DNA of 64,000 nt from an uncultured Candidatus Saccharibacteria bacterium (GTDB lineage: Bacteria; Patescibacteriota; Minisyncoccia; 2-02-FULL-40-12; GWA2-44-9), in assembly GCA_964513645.1 (NCBI GenBank), contig CAZENF010000001.1:135303-199302 (forward strand), given 5' to 3'. A program made the position numbers and the translations under genes. Every line of letters starts with the position of its first letter. Within the stretch, counting starts at the first letter, position 1. Shown in pieces: positions 9,904 to 18,724 of this stretch. The notes under the pieces were generated by a model. That model saw only the letters and a list, made by a program, of their open reading frames with translations, made no database searches and was not told where the DNA came from.

Positions 9904-10578
9904 TCAAAGAATTAGCGTAACTATCGTGAATTCAAATCCGTGGATAAAAACACTGTAAGGACGGTTCTCTATGATAAATCCTGCGGCTCCCAAAACATCT
10001 CCCCGCTTGAGATTGTTCAGCACGGCGGGCAGGCCGGTTCTGGCTTTAAGTTCCATAAAAGCGACTTGTTCTTCGCCTCTCCTCAATTCGACCGCGAGAC
10101 GGCCTCTCTCATATTCACCGTTGCCGGGACCGTGAGCGATCCAGACGTTATCGAAATGGCCGTACCACTTCCAGTAATTTAACTTTGCCATCCTGCGGTA
10201 TAAACCGCCGCCGACATTGAATTGATAAGGCGAAGACATGTCGCATTCGCCGTTACGTCCCCGGACACAGTAAAAAGAAACCGGGACCAGACTCCCCGGC
10301 CTGAAATTAAAGGCCACTCCTTCGATATCGAAAACAAAAGCAACCTTACTTCCGACCGTTTCCACCTGAACCAAATCCGGCTCAACATATTCGACCCAGG
10401 CATTTTTGAACTTGGTATCAAGAAGAGGGATATCCTTCCCTTCTCTTACGGCCGGCCTCAAAACACAACCGCATTCGATGGCAAAGATCAGGAAGCCCAG
10501 GAATGCAACATTCAAAAGAATGATAAAAGCCAGAATCTTCCTAAGGATCGTTCGTGTCATTTCAGCCCCCTTTGTCAA
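9904..10578 (-). CDS. Hypothetical membrane-anchored protein
   Basis: 224 aa with a single N-terminal TM helix and no recognisable catalytic motif. Confidence 0.45.
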   Translation of the reverse strand: MTKGAEMTRTILRKILAFIILLNVAFLGFLIFAIECGCVLRPAVREGKDIPLLDTKFKNAWVEYVEPDLVQVETVGSKVAFVFDIEGVAFNFRPGSLVPVSFYCVRGRNGECDMSSPYQFNVGGGLYRRMAKLNYWKWYGHFDNVWIAHGPGNGEYERGRLAVELRRGEEQVAFMELKARTGLPAVLNNLKRGDVLGAAGFIIENRPYSVFIHGFEFTIVTLIL

Positions 10579-10635
10579 AGATAATGGTTAGTATATTAAA
10601 GATACCGGATAGGTCAATCGGTCTGTTTTGAAATT

Positions 10636-10658
10636 AAAAAAACTGCCTTTCGGCAGTT
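10636..10658 (-). terminator. Rho-independent terminator for the 99-aa gene
   Basis: ACTGCC-tttc-GGCAGT preceded on the plus strand by A7, which is a U-tract on the minus strand. Confidence 0.6.
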
Positions 10659-10663
10659 CATTG

Positions 10664-10963
10664 TCAGTTAAGGCGCCTATTTTTGAAATTCCGGTGAGCA
10701 ATTACCATTTGCTGATGGACCTCCCGATAAGACAATTTGCAGAGGGGAATTTCTGTGAAAAAAGGTGAGCCATCAAGCCAAGTATTGATCTGGTTAATCC
10801 ACCAGCTTGTCCATTTATTCGTTATCTTACGGGGAGAATCGACTGAACGGATATCAATAAGATGCGTCGGCTTGTTGCCGTTAAAAATTATCCCCCGGCC
10901 CAAAGCCGGCGAATAGTGTATTACCTCTTCCACTGGCACCTCCCTTAAGAAATGGGTCTGCAT
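10664..10963 (-). CDS. Hypothetical protein
   Basis: 99-aa ORF followed by a terminator. Confidence 0.35.
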   Translation of the reverse strand: MQTHFLREVPVEEVIHYSPALGRGIIFNGNKPTHLIDIRSVDSPRKITNKWTSWWINQINTWLDGSPFFTEIPLCKLSYREVHQQMVIAHRNFKNRRLN

Positions 10964-11005
10964 AAAATAGCATTTAAATCTAATTTTGTCAAATAAAGGC
11001 CGGCG

Positions 11006-11296
11006 TTAGCCGGCTTTGGATTTTTTTAATCTCTTTCGAACCATATAATCTGTCAGCACCTCTTCAAATTGAAGTCTTTCCCAAAGCATTAATTTTATCT
11101 CCCGGCTCTGCTCTAAAAACGGCCAATGAGCGAGCAGATGATCTAATGTCTCTACCGCTCTCTCCATCAAACAAACCTCGCTGTCAGTGTAGTCAATCTC
11201 ATCCAGCGGAATGGCTTTGATCAGTTCTATATCCTCAAAATTATACTTACTAAGCTTAGGGTATGGCAATGTCCGGATAGCAAGGGTCATTAGCAT
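11006..11296 (-). CDS. Hypothetical protein
   Basis: 96-aa ORF, acidic and helical. Confidence 0.35.
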   Translation of the reverse strand: MLMTLAIRTLPYPKLSKYNFEDIELIKAIPLDEIDYTDSEVCLMERAVETLDHLLAHWPFLEQSREIKLMLWERLQFEEVLTDYMVRKRLKKSKAG

Positions 11297-11461
11297 ATGC
11301 CCGACTCCGGTCGGAAAGTTGCACGCCTCAAACTTAGCAGATTATAAAATTAATTGTATGTTTAGTCAAGAAGAAAGGAAATGACATCTAACACGTATAT
11401 ACTGAGAAAATTGTAAAATTCTCTTTTTTATGTTATTATTTGTTGGTTATAATTGTATTAT

Positions 11462-11559
11462 ATCCGCCCATAGTCCGCCCGAATGAACATCCGTTCGGAC
11501 AGGCTCAGTTGGTACCCGCCCGAACGTACCGTTCGGTACGGGCGGGGAGCAGCTCCCTT
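11462..11559 (+). other. Degenerate duplicate of the tRNA-Lys 5' half, interrupted by two related hairpin insertions
   Basis: atccgcccatag / gctcagttggta / ggagcagctccctt match positions 1-31 of the downstream tRNA-Lys. Two related inserts (TCCGCCCGAATGAACATCCGTTCGGACAG and CCCGCCCGAACGTACCGTTCGGTACGGGCGG) form hairpins. The segment lies between a -10 box (TATAAT 11446-11451) and the GIY-YIG ATG. Confidence 0.6.
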
Positions 11560-11565
11560 AACGCT

Positions 11566-11799
11566 ATGTACACTGTTTATATATTAAAAGACGGCTTTGG
11601 TAAGCTATATAAAGGAATGACAAACAATTTGAGCCGGCGATTAAGTGAACACCAGTCAGGGCATACAATTACCACTTCAAAAATGATAAATTTTAGAGTT
11701 GTATATAAAGAAGAGTATGCAAATTTTGAAGAAGCAAGAAAGCGAGAATTATATTTTAAAACAGCCGCAGGACGAAGATTCTTAAAAAAGGTCATATAA
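11566..11799 (+). CDS. GIY-YIG nuclease superfamily protein (small, YhbQ/UPF0213-like)
   Basis: MYTVYILKDGFGKLYKGMTNNLSRRLSEHQ matches the GIY-YIG N-terminal motif. Start moved to the internal Met. Confidence 0.8.
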   Translation: MYTVYILKDGFGKLYKGMTNNLSRRLSEHQSGHTITTSKMINFRVVYKEEYANFEEARKRELYFKTAAGRRFLKKVI

Positions 11800-11814
11800 A
11801 TTGAATAATTATAT

Positions 11815-11887
11815 CCGCCCATAGCTCAGTTGGTAGAGCAGCTCCCTTTTAAGGAGATGGTCGTAGGTTCGACTCCTACTGGGCGGA
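11815..11887 (+). tRNA. tRNA-Lys (anticodon UUU), no encoded CCA
   Basis: 73-nt cloverleaf: acceptor CCGCCCA/TGGGCGG, D-arm GCTC-AGTTGGTA-GAGC, anticodon loop CTTTTAA, T-arm GTAGG-TTCGACT-CCTAC. Confidence 0.9.
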
Positions 11888-13342
11888 CAAGATTGAAAAG
11901 TCAGCATTTTTAGGAGTGTTGGCTATTCTAAAAAATGGTTTTTTATATTGTATTTCCTGAATTTCTTTATTTTCGAACTGGATGTTCCAAAGTACGGAAT
12001 TTAGTATTTGATACCTTTCTGAATCTTCTCCAAATAAAAAGTCATTTTTAGCATTTTTGGCTTGTAAAAATACTTCTTTTGTTTGTTCCAAAGTAGTTAG
12101 GGCAGAATTAATATTACCCTTCTTGATATGGCCTAGTTGGGCTTCTAATTCAACTCTTTGATTATTTAGTTCGAGCATTTTCTCATCATAGAGGTCTTTT
12201 CTAATTGTTCCGGAAGCAAAACCATCAGTCAGTCGTGATTCTTTCTCCTTGATCGAATTTAGCTCATTCTGAACGTTTTTAGATAGTACCTCGACTCGGT
12301 TATTACTCAAACCAATCTTCTGTTTAGCGGCCTCATACATAATTTCGATTGCCTCATCATCAAAAGCCAAATCACCAAGCTTGTCAGCAATCAATCTGGC
12401 TATATATTCTTCTCGCATATATGATTTTCCCTGTTCGCAATTGCCTTTGCCATTAGTACAGTAATAATATCTGTGTCCTCGTTTTAGGGAAGCTGTAAGC
12501 ATACAACCACACTCTTTACATCTCATCGAACCTCTCAACGGAAAGAACAATGTTTTTTGTTTTGGCCTGGAAGCCTGATTAATAACCTCTTGGCACCGAT
12601 CGAATAATTCTTTTGAAACAATAGGTTCAAATTTACCTAAATATTCCTCTCCATTCTTGGCCATAATTCCATAATAAATTTTATTATTTATATGCCGATG
12701 AATACTTCCTAAGAACATCTTGCCTCCAGATTTAGTTCTTAAACCTTCCTCGTAGAGCATATCTGAAATATCCTCAAAACTTTTAGTTCCAGAGGCATAT
12801 AACTCAAATATTCTTTTCACCCAATGGGATTTATCATTCGGGAATAATTGTTTAGTAGACGAATCACGAGAATATCCAAAAGGAACTTGAAACGGCCACC
12901 TGCCCTGTCGCAAACTTTCACGATTACCCCTTTTTACATTTTCAGCCAAATCACGGCTATACTGATTAGCCATACCGAAATGAACTAAAATCATTAACAC
13001 GTTGTCTTTTGGAAGATGAATTCCCTGATAGGTTCTAATTTCTTTAATAATATTTTTCTGAAGAAGATCTATTATTTGGCCGCCGTCAATTAAGTTTCTT
13101 GCCAACCTGTCCTCTTTCCAGCAAAGAATAGCATCTGCTTTTCCGCTAGTAATCATTTTTATCATTTGGGCAAATATTGGCCGCCCGAGAGATTTAGCTG
13201 ACTGGCTTTCTTCAAATATTTTAATAACTTTTAAATTATCCCTTATTGCGATTTCAAGAAGCTCTGTTTTTTGAGCATCCAAAGACATGACTTGTCTGTC
13301 TTCCGATTCAGTAGATTTTCGGCAATAAATTATATATCTCAT
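11876..13342 (-). CDS. Large serine recombinase (integrase)
   Basis: N-terminal resolvase catalytic domain (YCRKSTESEDRQVMSLDAQ), recombinase domain, a zinc ribbon (CKECGC…YYYCTNGKGNC) and a coiled coil. The 3' end overlaps the tRNA-Lys 3' end. Confidence 0.9.
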   Translation of the reverse strand: MRYIIYCRKSTESEDRQVMSLDAQKTELLEIAIRDNLKVIKIFEESQSAKSLGRPIFAQMIKMITSGKADAILCWKEDRLARNLIDGGQIIDLLQKNIIKEIRTYQGIHLPKDNVLMILVHFGMANQYSRDLAENVKRGNRESLRQGRWPFQVPFGYSRDSSTKQLFPNDKSHWVKRIFELYASGTKSFEDISDMLYEEGLRTKSGGKMFLGSIHRHINNKIYYGIMAKNGEEYLGKFEPIVSKELFDRCQEVINQASRPKQKTLFFPLRGSMRCKECGCMLTASLKRGHRYYYCTNGKGNCEQGKSYMREEYIARLIADKLGDLAFDDEAIEIMYEAAKQKIGLSNNRVEVLSKNVQNELNSIKEKESRLTDGFASGTIRKDLYDEKMLELNNQRVELEAQLGHIKKGNINSALTTLEQTKEVFLQAKNAKNDFLFGEDSERYQILNSVLWNIQFENKEIQEIQYKKPFFRIANTPKNADFSILSAQ

Positions 13343-14070
13343 TTTTCTTCGTAAGTTTTTCTGTTTATAATCCCCACAAATTCATTCATACCATGCCATT
13401 CATAGATAGGCTTTCTTTTAGCATACTTTTCAGCAATTCTTTTTGCAACCTTTTTTCTCATAACTATTTCTTTTGGAAAGCCATGGGATATCCTAAGAAG
13501 CCTCATAGCATTAAACATTACTTGTTCTCCACCCTTGGTGATATATCCGGTGATATAAGTTGCCAGCTTTCCAGAACCGTCAGTTTTTCTCGCATCCACA
13601 TATCCTTCTCCCCAGAGATTCGCAAGAACTCGGGTACTTCGCTCCTCTCCATAGGAAATAATCCGTCTACCAACGCACGTATCTCCGAGAGACAATGGCA
13701 CGTTAAAAATAAGGCCATGGAAGTGTATACGTCCCCTTGGCGATAATTCCGGGACGAAAAGTGAATATGGTTTGCCATATTTAGTTCGCAACCGCATTTG
13801 GAAAATGCGTAAGGAATCATTTGCAAAAGAGGCATCTGATGCATCTCCAGCAAAGGTGAGCGTGACCAAAATCGGACATCCAAATTCTTTAAGAGCAGCA
13901 TGCACGCGCCGCATACATATTTTTCTTGTCCTCCAAATATTATCGGGTCGCCTAACGCCGTATATGGTACGCTTCTTTCTGCGACGACGTACGCATATTT
14001 TGGGCGGGGCTTTTTCGAACGTTGTGACTTCAATAATTTTTCCATATTTTTTAACAATATTAATCATCAT
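13339..14070 (-). CDS. Rolling-circle replication initiator (HUH endonuclease, two-Tyr type)
   Basis: Motif I ILVTLTF, motif II HFHGLIF (HUH), motif III YITGYITK. Its stop overlaps the recombinase start. Confidence 0.75.
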   Translation of the reverse strand: MMINIVKKYGKIIEVTTFEKAPPKICVRRRRKKRTIYGVRRPDNIWRTRKICMRRVHAALKEFGCPILVTLTFAGDASDASFANDSLRIFQMRLRTKYGKPYSLFVPELSPRGRIHFHGLIFNVPLSLGDTCVGRRIISYGEERSTRVLANLWGEGYVDARKTDGSGKLATYITGYITKGGEQVMFNAMRLLRISHGFPKEIVMRKKVAKRIAEKYAKRKPIYEWHGMNEFVGIINRKTYEEK

Positions 14071-14293
14071 TTTTGCAATTGTGAGGGTATATCAAGTCTT
14101 GGGGATTGGACGTCTCGTCGGGCGCTTCGCGCACCCCGCCGAGACTATCCGAACCTACCCCAGCAATTGCCAAATAAAAATCAGCAAACGAATCCAAATA
14201 TTCCTCGGCCTCTGCAGGAGTTAAAATATCGCCGTATCTATCGGCAAAATACTTTTGAATCCGTTGAATTAAATTAAGACTAAATTTGCTCAT
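14060..14293 (-). CDS. Hypothetical small acidic protein
   Basis: 77-aa ORF upstream of Rep with no recognisable motif. Confidence 0.3.
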   Translation of the reverse strand: MSKFSLNLIQRIQKYFADRYGDILTPAEAEEYLDSFADFYLAIAGVGSDSLGGVREAPDETSNPQDLIYPHNCKNDD

Positions 14294-14410
14294 ATACTCA
14301 GTTTCGCAATTGCCAAAAACAACTTTTAGATAACTTCAGAACGAATAAAAAATAAAAAAGACCCAGTAAAAAGGGCCTTTCGAGAAGCGGCTATAAACAA
14401 TAGCTAAAAG

Positions 14411-15289
14411 TTATTCCATATTGTCCAAGGAATATTCATAGATTTTATTCAGAGAGTATCCGCTGGTATCATGCCGGATAATTAAATCCTCCGTAAGCTT
14501 TAACTTCTGACGGAACGCCTTGTTGGTTCGGCTTATTTCCTGCATGATTATTCCCGGTCTTTGCTTGGTTAATTCTTCAAGCTTAGAAAGCTTTGCTAAT
14601 TCCCGAGATAAATTCTTTATGATGACAAACCTCTTTGAGCCACGACGAATTGGGTAATTAAGTTTCTTGTTTTTTACTACTCTATAAATACCCAGCGAAT
14701 CATCTATAAAAATTTTAATCTTTTCTTGAGATTCTGCTTTTTCTGGTTCATCCGTTATTTTCTCGACTTCCGGTATAAATTGAATATGGAACTTTCTTAG
14801 CTCATTTTTGTAATAACTTCTTTCTCCTTCGTAAGCCTTGGCATAGGATTTTAATCCCTCCTTAGACCATTTGAAATAATTTTTAGGATTCTTATGATAA
14901 CCGCGCCTAAGAACATTCTTTAATCCTTTAAGCATAATTAAAGCAACCGGATCTTGGTCTTCATCAAATTCATCAGTAGTCATATAATCCTCAAGGGGGA
15001 AATATATTTTAATGTAGAGAGTTAAATAATGGGCGGTATATAAATTATATCGCTCGAGCTTAGATATCTGCTCTGATCTTAATCTTGCGTTTGCATCCTC
15101 GGTTTTAGAATCCAAAATTTTAATATTAGTTTTACGATATTGTTTTTCTGTGTCATTAATAATCTTGGCTAGGGCAGGAGTTTTAACTATAAAATCAATG
15201 TATTTATGTACATTTTCATAAAATTCGGAATCAGAATTGCTCTGAAGCGCAGCATCATATCTGATTTTAAGCCCACCCATTAAATCCAT
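14411..15289 (-). CDS. Hypothetical protein (island cargo)
   Basis: 292 aa, charged and helical, with no recognisable motif. Confidence 0.45.
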   Translation of the reverse strand: MDLMGGLKIRYDAALQSNSDSEFYENVHKYIDFIVKTPALAKIINDTEKQYRKTNIKILDSKTEDANARLRSEQISKLERYNLYTAHYLTLYIKIYFPLEDYMTTDEFDEDQDPVALIMLKGLKNVLRRGYHKNPKNYFKWSKEGLKSYAKAYEGERSYYKNELRKFHIQFIPEVEKITDEPEKAESQEKIKIFIDDSLGIYRVVKNKKLNYPIRRGSKRFVIIKNLSRELAKLSKLEELTKQRPGIIMQEISRTNKAFRQKLKLTEDLIIRHDTSGYSLNKIYEYSLDNME

Positions 15290-15349
15290 GCACAGGATAC
15301 TAACATATAAATTAGATTTTTTTAATACTGGTGCTATACTAATTTTGCA

Positions 15350-16156
15350 ATGAAACCATACTATGATAAAAATAATTTCAAACTATATCAGGCAAACTGC
15401 CTAGATCTACTATCCGAGCTCCCAGAAAATTCCGTTGATATGATCTTTGCCGATCCACCCTACAATCTCTCTAATGGCGGTTTTTCCGTTCATGCCGGCC
15501 GAATGGTCAGTGTTAACAAGGGCGATTGGGATAAAAGCAAAGGATTTAAAGATGATTATAATTTTCACTATAGCTGGATGGAGGCTTGTAGAAGGGTTTT
15601 AAAGCCACATGGTACACTCTGGGTTAGCGGAACATATCATTCAATATATCAGTGTGGACATGCTCTCCAAGCCCTTAATTATCACATCCTAAACGATATT
15701 GCCTGGTTTAAGCCAAACGCTTCACCCAATTTAAGCTGCCGATTCTTTACCGCAAGCCACGAAACATTAATCTGGGCTAGAAAAGAAAAGAAGGCAAAGC
15801 ATATCTTTAATTATGATTTAATGAAAAACGGCGAATGGCCGGAAGATAAATTAAAAAAGCCAGGCCTACAAATGAGATCTGTATGGTCAATGGGAACTCC
15901 AAAACCGATTGAAAAAAGATTCGGAAAACACCCTACACAAAAACCGGAAGATCTGTTAAAAAGAATAGTATTAGCCAGTACAAAGAGGGGGGATCTTGTA
16001 GTTGATCCTTTCACTGGAAGCTCAACAACGGGGCTTGCATCATATCTACTCGGCAGGAAATTTATAGGCGTTGATACCGAAAAAAAATATCTGGACTTGT
16101 CTATAAAAAGATTCGAAGAGTTAGATAAAAATTTAAAAAATAAGTCTAACAAATAA
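15350..16156 (+). CDS. DNA methyltransferase (N6-adenine/N4-cytosine, beta-class)
   Basis: Motif IV IFADPPYNL precedes motif I VDPFTGSSTTG, which is the beta-class order. Confidence 0.85.
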   Translation: MKPYYDKNNFKLYQANCLDLLSELPENSVDMIFADPPYNLSNGGFSVHAGRMVSVNKGDWDKSKGFKDDYNFHYSWMEACRRVLKPHGTLWVSGTYHSIYQCGHALQALNYHILNDIAWFKPNASPNLSCRFFTASHETLIWARKEKKAKHIFNYDLMKNGEWPEDKLKKPGLQMRSVWSMGTPKPIEKRFGKHPTQKPEDLLKRIVLASTKRGDLVVDPFTGSSTTGLASYLLGRKFIGVDTEKKYLDLSIKRFEELDKNLKNKSNK

Positions 16157-16157
16157 T

Positions 16158-16682
16158 ATGAAAAAATTTGGAATTGGAGGAGCAAATACAAAAACAGGGC
16201 TAGTCTTTGAGGGCAAAGTTGATTTTTTAACCTTTATCGCTAAGCAAAAAAATTACTCTGTTAAAGGTGCGAATATTTTTTATAACAGTGATGAAGTTGC
16301 CATGTCGTTTAAAAAATATGGCCTTTATAAGTACTTAGAAAGCAAAGGGATTGATTATAAAAAATTCATATCAAAAAGACTTCTTCCGGATGATGCTATC
16401 TATGTAATAGCCAACAATCATTTTTATATACTTGAGATTAAATTTCAGGAAGTCGGCGGATCCGTTGATGAAAAACTCCAAACCTGTGATTTCAAAATTA
16501 AACAATATAAAAAACTACTCTATAGTTTAAATGTTGAAGTTGAATTTATTTATATTTTAAGCGAATGGTTTCAGAAGCCGGAATATAAAGACGTTCTTGA
16601 TTATATAATTTCTATTCCGGGCTGTTCTTTCTACTTTAATTACTTGCCTCTCCAAAAAATAGGCCTTCCCATACCAGAATAA
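16158..16682 (+). CDS. Putative type II restriction endonuclease partner of the methyltransferase
   Basis: Starts 1 nt after the MTase stop. Possible PD-(D/E)xK core (PDDAIYVIANNHFYILEIKFQ). The assignment is by context. Confidence 0.45.
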   Translation: MKKFGIGGANTKTGLVFEGKVDFLTFIAKQKNYSVKGANIFYNSDEVAMSFKKYGLYKYLESKGIDYKKFISKRLLPDDAIYVIANNHFYILEIKFQEVGGSVDEKLQTCDFKIKQYKKLLYSLNVEVEFIYILSEWFQKPEYKDVLDYIISIPGCSFYFNYLPLQKIGLPIPE

Positions 16683-16826
16683 ACGCGTTTTTGGCTCGCC
16701 AAAAATTATACCACGCGGGGACCCCTACTTCGTCACCCCGCGTGGTGGCGAGCCTTGCGAGCCAAGGGAAAACGCTTCACAAATCGACTAAATTCTGATA
16801 TATTCGCCGTGTTTAATAAATAAGTC

Positions 16827-17258
16827 ATGATCTCATACGAAGAACTTAAGAAGATATCCAGAACTCGTATTGCCGAAGCGCAAATTCTTTTTGATAACGA
16901 AAAATTTGATGGGTCAATCTATTTATGTGGCCATGCGATCGAGATAGCTTTAAAGGCCATAATATGTAAAAATTTAAGAGGGTCTACTCAAAGTTTTGGT
17001 CATATACCAAGCACCATATCTGAATTCAAAACTGTAGCCGAAATGAAAACTCATAAATTAGATGAGCTTCTAGCCGCAACAGGACTACAAGTTGAAATCA
17101 CATCAAAACCAGCAAGATGGACTGCTTGGAGCACGCTATTAAAATGGAATCCTGAAATCAGATACTCGCCGATTAAGGGGAGGCTCATGAAAACTAGCGC
17201 TGAAGAAGTTATTAATTCTGCTAATAAATTGTTACATTTTTTCTGGCGTCAAGTCTAA
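16827..17258 (+). CDS. HEPN domain protein
   Basis: Helical protein with a HEPN-like pattern (GSIYLCGHAIEIALKAI … THKLDELL … EIRYS). Confidence 0.55.
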   Translation: MISYEELKKISRTRIAEAQILFDNEKFDGSIYLCGHAIEIALKAIICKNLRGSTQSFGHIPSTISEFKTVAEMKTHKLDELLAATGLQVEITSKPARWTAWSTLLKWNPEIRYSPIKGRLMKTSAEEVINSANKLLHFFWRQV

Positions 17259-17269
17259 ATAGAATAACA

Positions 17270-17635
17270 ATGGAAGATATTATAAAAAAATTAAATAAGG
17301 TCCTAGAATCAATTCTTAAAGAAAGAGATGTTGTTTTGTTTGCTGTTATTAAAAGAGAAGATGCCGAATTGTGGGATATAGTCATTTCAGGTAATCAACT
17401 TGATAATCAAGAAAACTTGAGGTGGATAATAGGCCTGATAAATAACGTCTTAGAAAAGAATGAGATGACAGCATTCTCTCGCTTGTTATTATTAAATACT
17501 GACGAGGATTTTGTAAAAAATCTAACAAAAACTTTTGGATTTACAACTAAAGACGGTCGTATGGAACTGAAAAACGTAAGAATTAATAATATATTTATTA
17601 AGCACGCATATTTACTCAGGAGTAGGACAAAATAA
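17270..17635 (+). CDS. Hypothetical protein, possibly a degenerate minimal-nucleotidyltransferase-like partner of the HEPN protein
   Basis: VVLFAVIKREDAELWDIVI resembles the MNT core (FGSxARG…DiD) but with the catalytic residues replaced. Confidence 0.3.
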   Translation: MEDIIKKLNKVLESILKERDVVLFAVIKREDAELWDIVISGNQLDNQENLRWIIGLINNVLEKNEMTAFSRLLLLNTDEDFVKNLTKTFGFTTKDGRMELKNVRINNIFIKHAYLLRSRTK

Positions 17636-17639
17636 ATTT

Positions 17640-18413
17640 ATGTTCAATGATAACATACAGTATAAAAAGAAGGTGATAAGAAGAGTCTTGGCTTATTTTA
17701 GCGGTGGTAACACTGGGGTTGGTTCAGGATTTTTTGTAAATAAGAATGGAATATTTTTAACGTGTTTTCATGTTGCATTTGGGGGAGAACTTAAAAATCT
17801 AAGAAATGATCCAGATTTTATTGCCATTAAAGAATCCGATGAACATAAAAAATTAGAGACTTGGTATTCTAATAAAATTAATAAAATAGAAGTTGAACTG
17901 CCCGATTCATCCAAAGAAGAATTAAAATTAGTTAGCTTTGATGAAAAATATGATATTGCAGTCTTAAAACTGGAAAATAAAGAAAAAATTAGAGATATAG
18001 ACAACATAAAATTTGATTTTAAAAAACAGCTTAAACAGGGTGACCATGTTTTCTTTGGAGGATTCCCGATAAGCTATCCATATAAAGCAGAAGAGTCGCC
18101 TTTTGCAATAAACACAGGGATGGTTTCTAGTTTCCCTAACACTATTATCGGAGGAGACTTCTATGAACATGCCCAGATAAATTCAGTAAATTTAGGAGGA
18201 AATAGTGGTGCTCCATTATTTATAAAAAATAAAAATAAAGTCATAGGAATTATTAATGGGAATATGAATTGGGGTAGTGATTTTGTGGTATTTAAAAATA
18301 AATCTGGCAAAGAAGAGGTGGGGCCTCTGAGAGTTCCCTTAAGTATAGCCTACGCAACACCCGTAAGCTTACTTAAAAAAGAAAGTAAGGTTTTTAAATC
18401 AGCTATAAGCTAA
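17640..18413 (+). CDS. Trypsin-like serine protease (S1 family)
   Basis: His motif LTCFHVA. Ser motif GGNSGAPLF. Confidence 0.75.
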   Translation: MFNDNIQYKKKVIRRVLAYFSGGNTGVGSGFFVNKNGIFLTCFHVAFGGELKNLRNDPDFIAIKESDEHKKLETWYSNKINKIEVELPDSSKEELKLVSFDEKYDIAVLKLENKEKIRDIDNIKFDFKKQLKQGDHVFFGGFPISYPYKAEESPFAINTGMVSSFPNTIIGGDFYEHAQINSVNLGGNSGAPLFIKNKNKVIGIINGNMNWGSDFVVFKNKSGKEEVGPLRVPLSIAYATPVSLLKKESKVFKSAIS

Positions 18414-18724
18414 ATAGCACTGTTCCAACATCCTCCCACAGGGCGGACCACATCGGATTGAAGGCGCTGAAACGCGCCTTCCGTCCTTATGAAATCAGCA
18501 TTACTTGCGGTTCGAACTCTGAGCAAATGGGCGAGCTCGTGAGGCAGTTCGGAATATCTATGCGGCCTTCTTTTCGTGTTCTTTTGCCAGATGCAAAAGG
18601 GCCAAAAGCTTACGAATCTCAGTCATTATCGTGTTCGAATTTTCTCTGACGTGGCGGACCTAGGCTTAAGTTTCCAGATGATGGGCGTCGCAAAATGCCC
18701 ACTCAAGTATCCTTATAAATAGGC

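Larger units (their letters stand above)
11876..18450. mobile_element. Putative ~6.6-kb integrated element at tRNA-Lys (serine recombinase + RC-Rep + R-M + HEPN module + protease)
   Basis: The recombinase overlaps the tRNA 3' end. A decayed copy of the tRNA 3' end (GTTCCAACATCCTCCCACAGGGCGGACCA, 18422-18450) lies immediately after the last cargo gene. Confidence 0.55.

Noticed and set aside
11440-11890. Group I intron with a GIY-YIG homing endonuclease interrupting tRNA-Lys
   Set aside because: A complete, uninterrupted tRNA-Lys (11815-11887) follows. The upstream segment is only a 5'-half duplicate, with no 3' exon after the ORF other than the intact gene.
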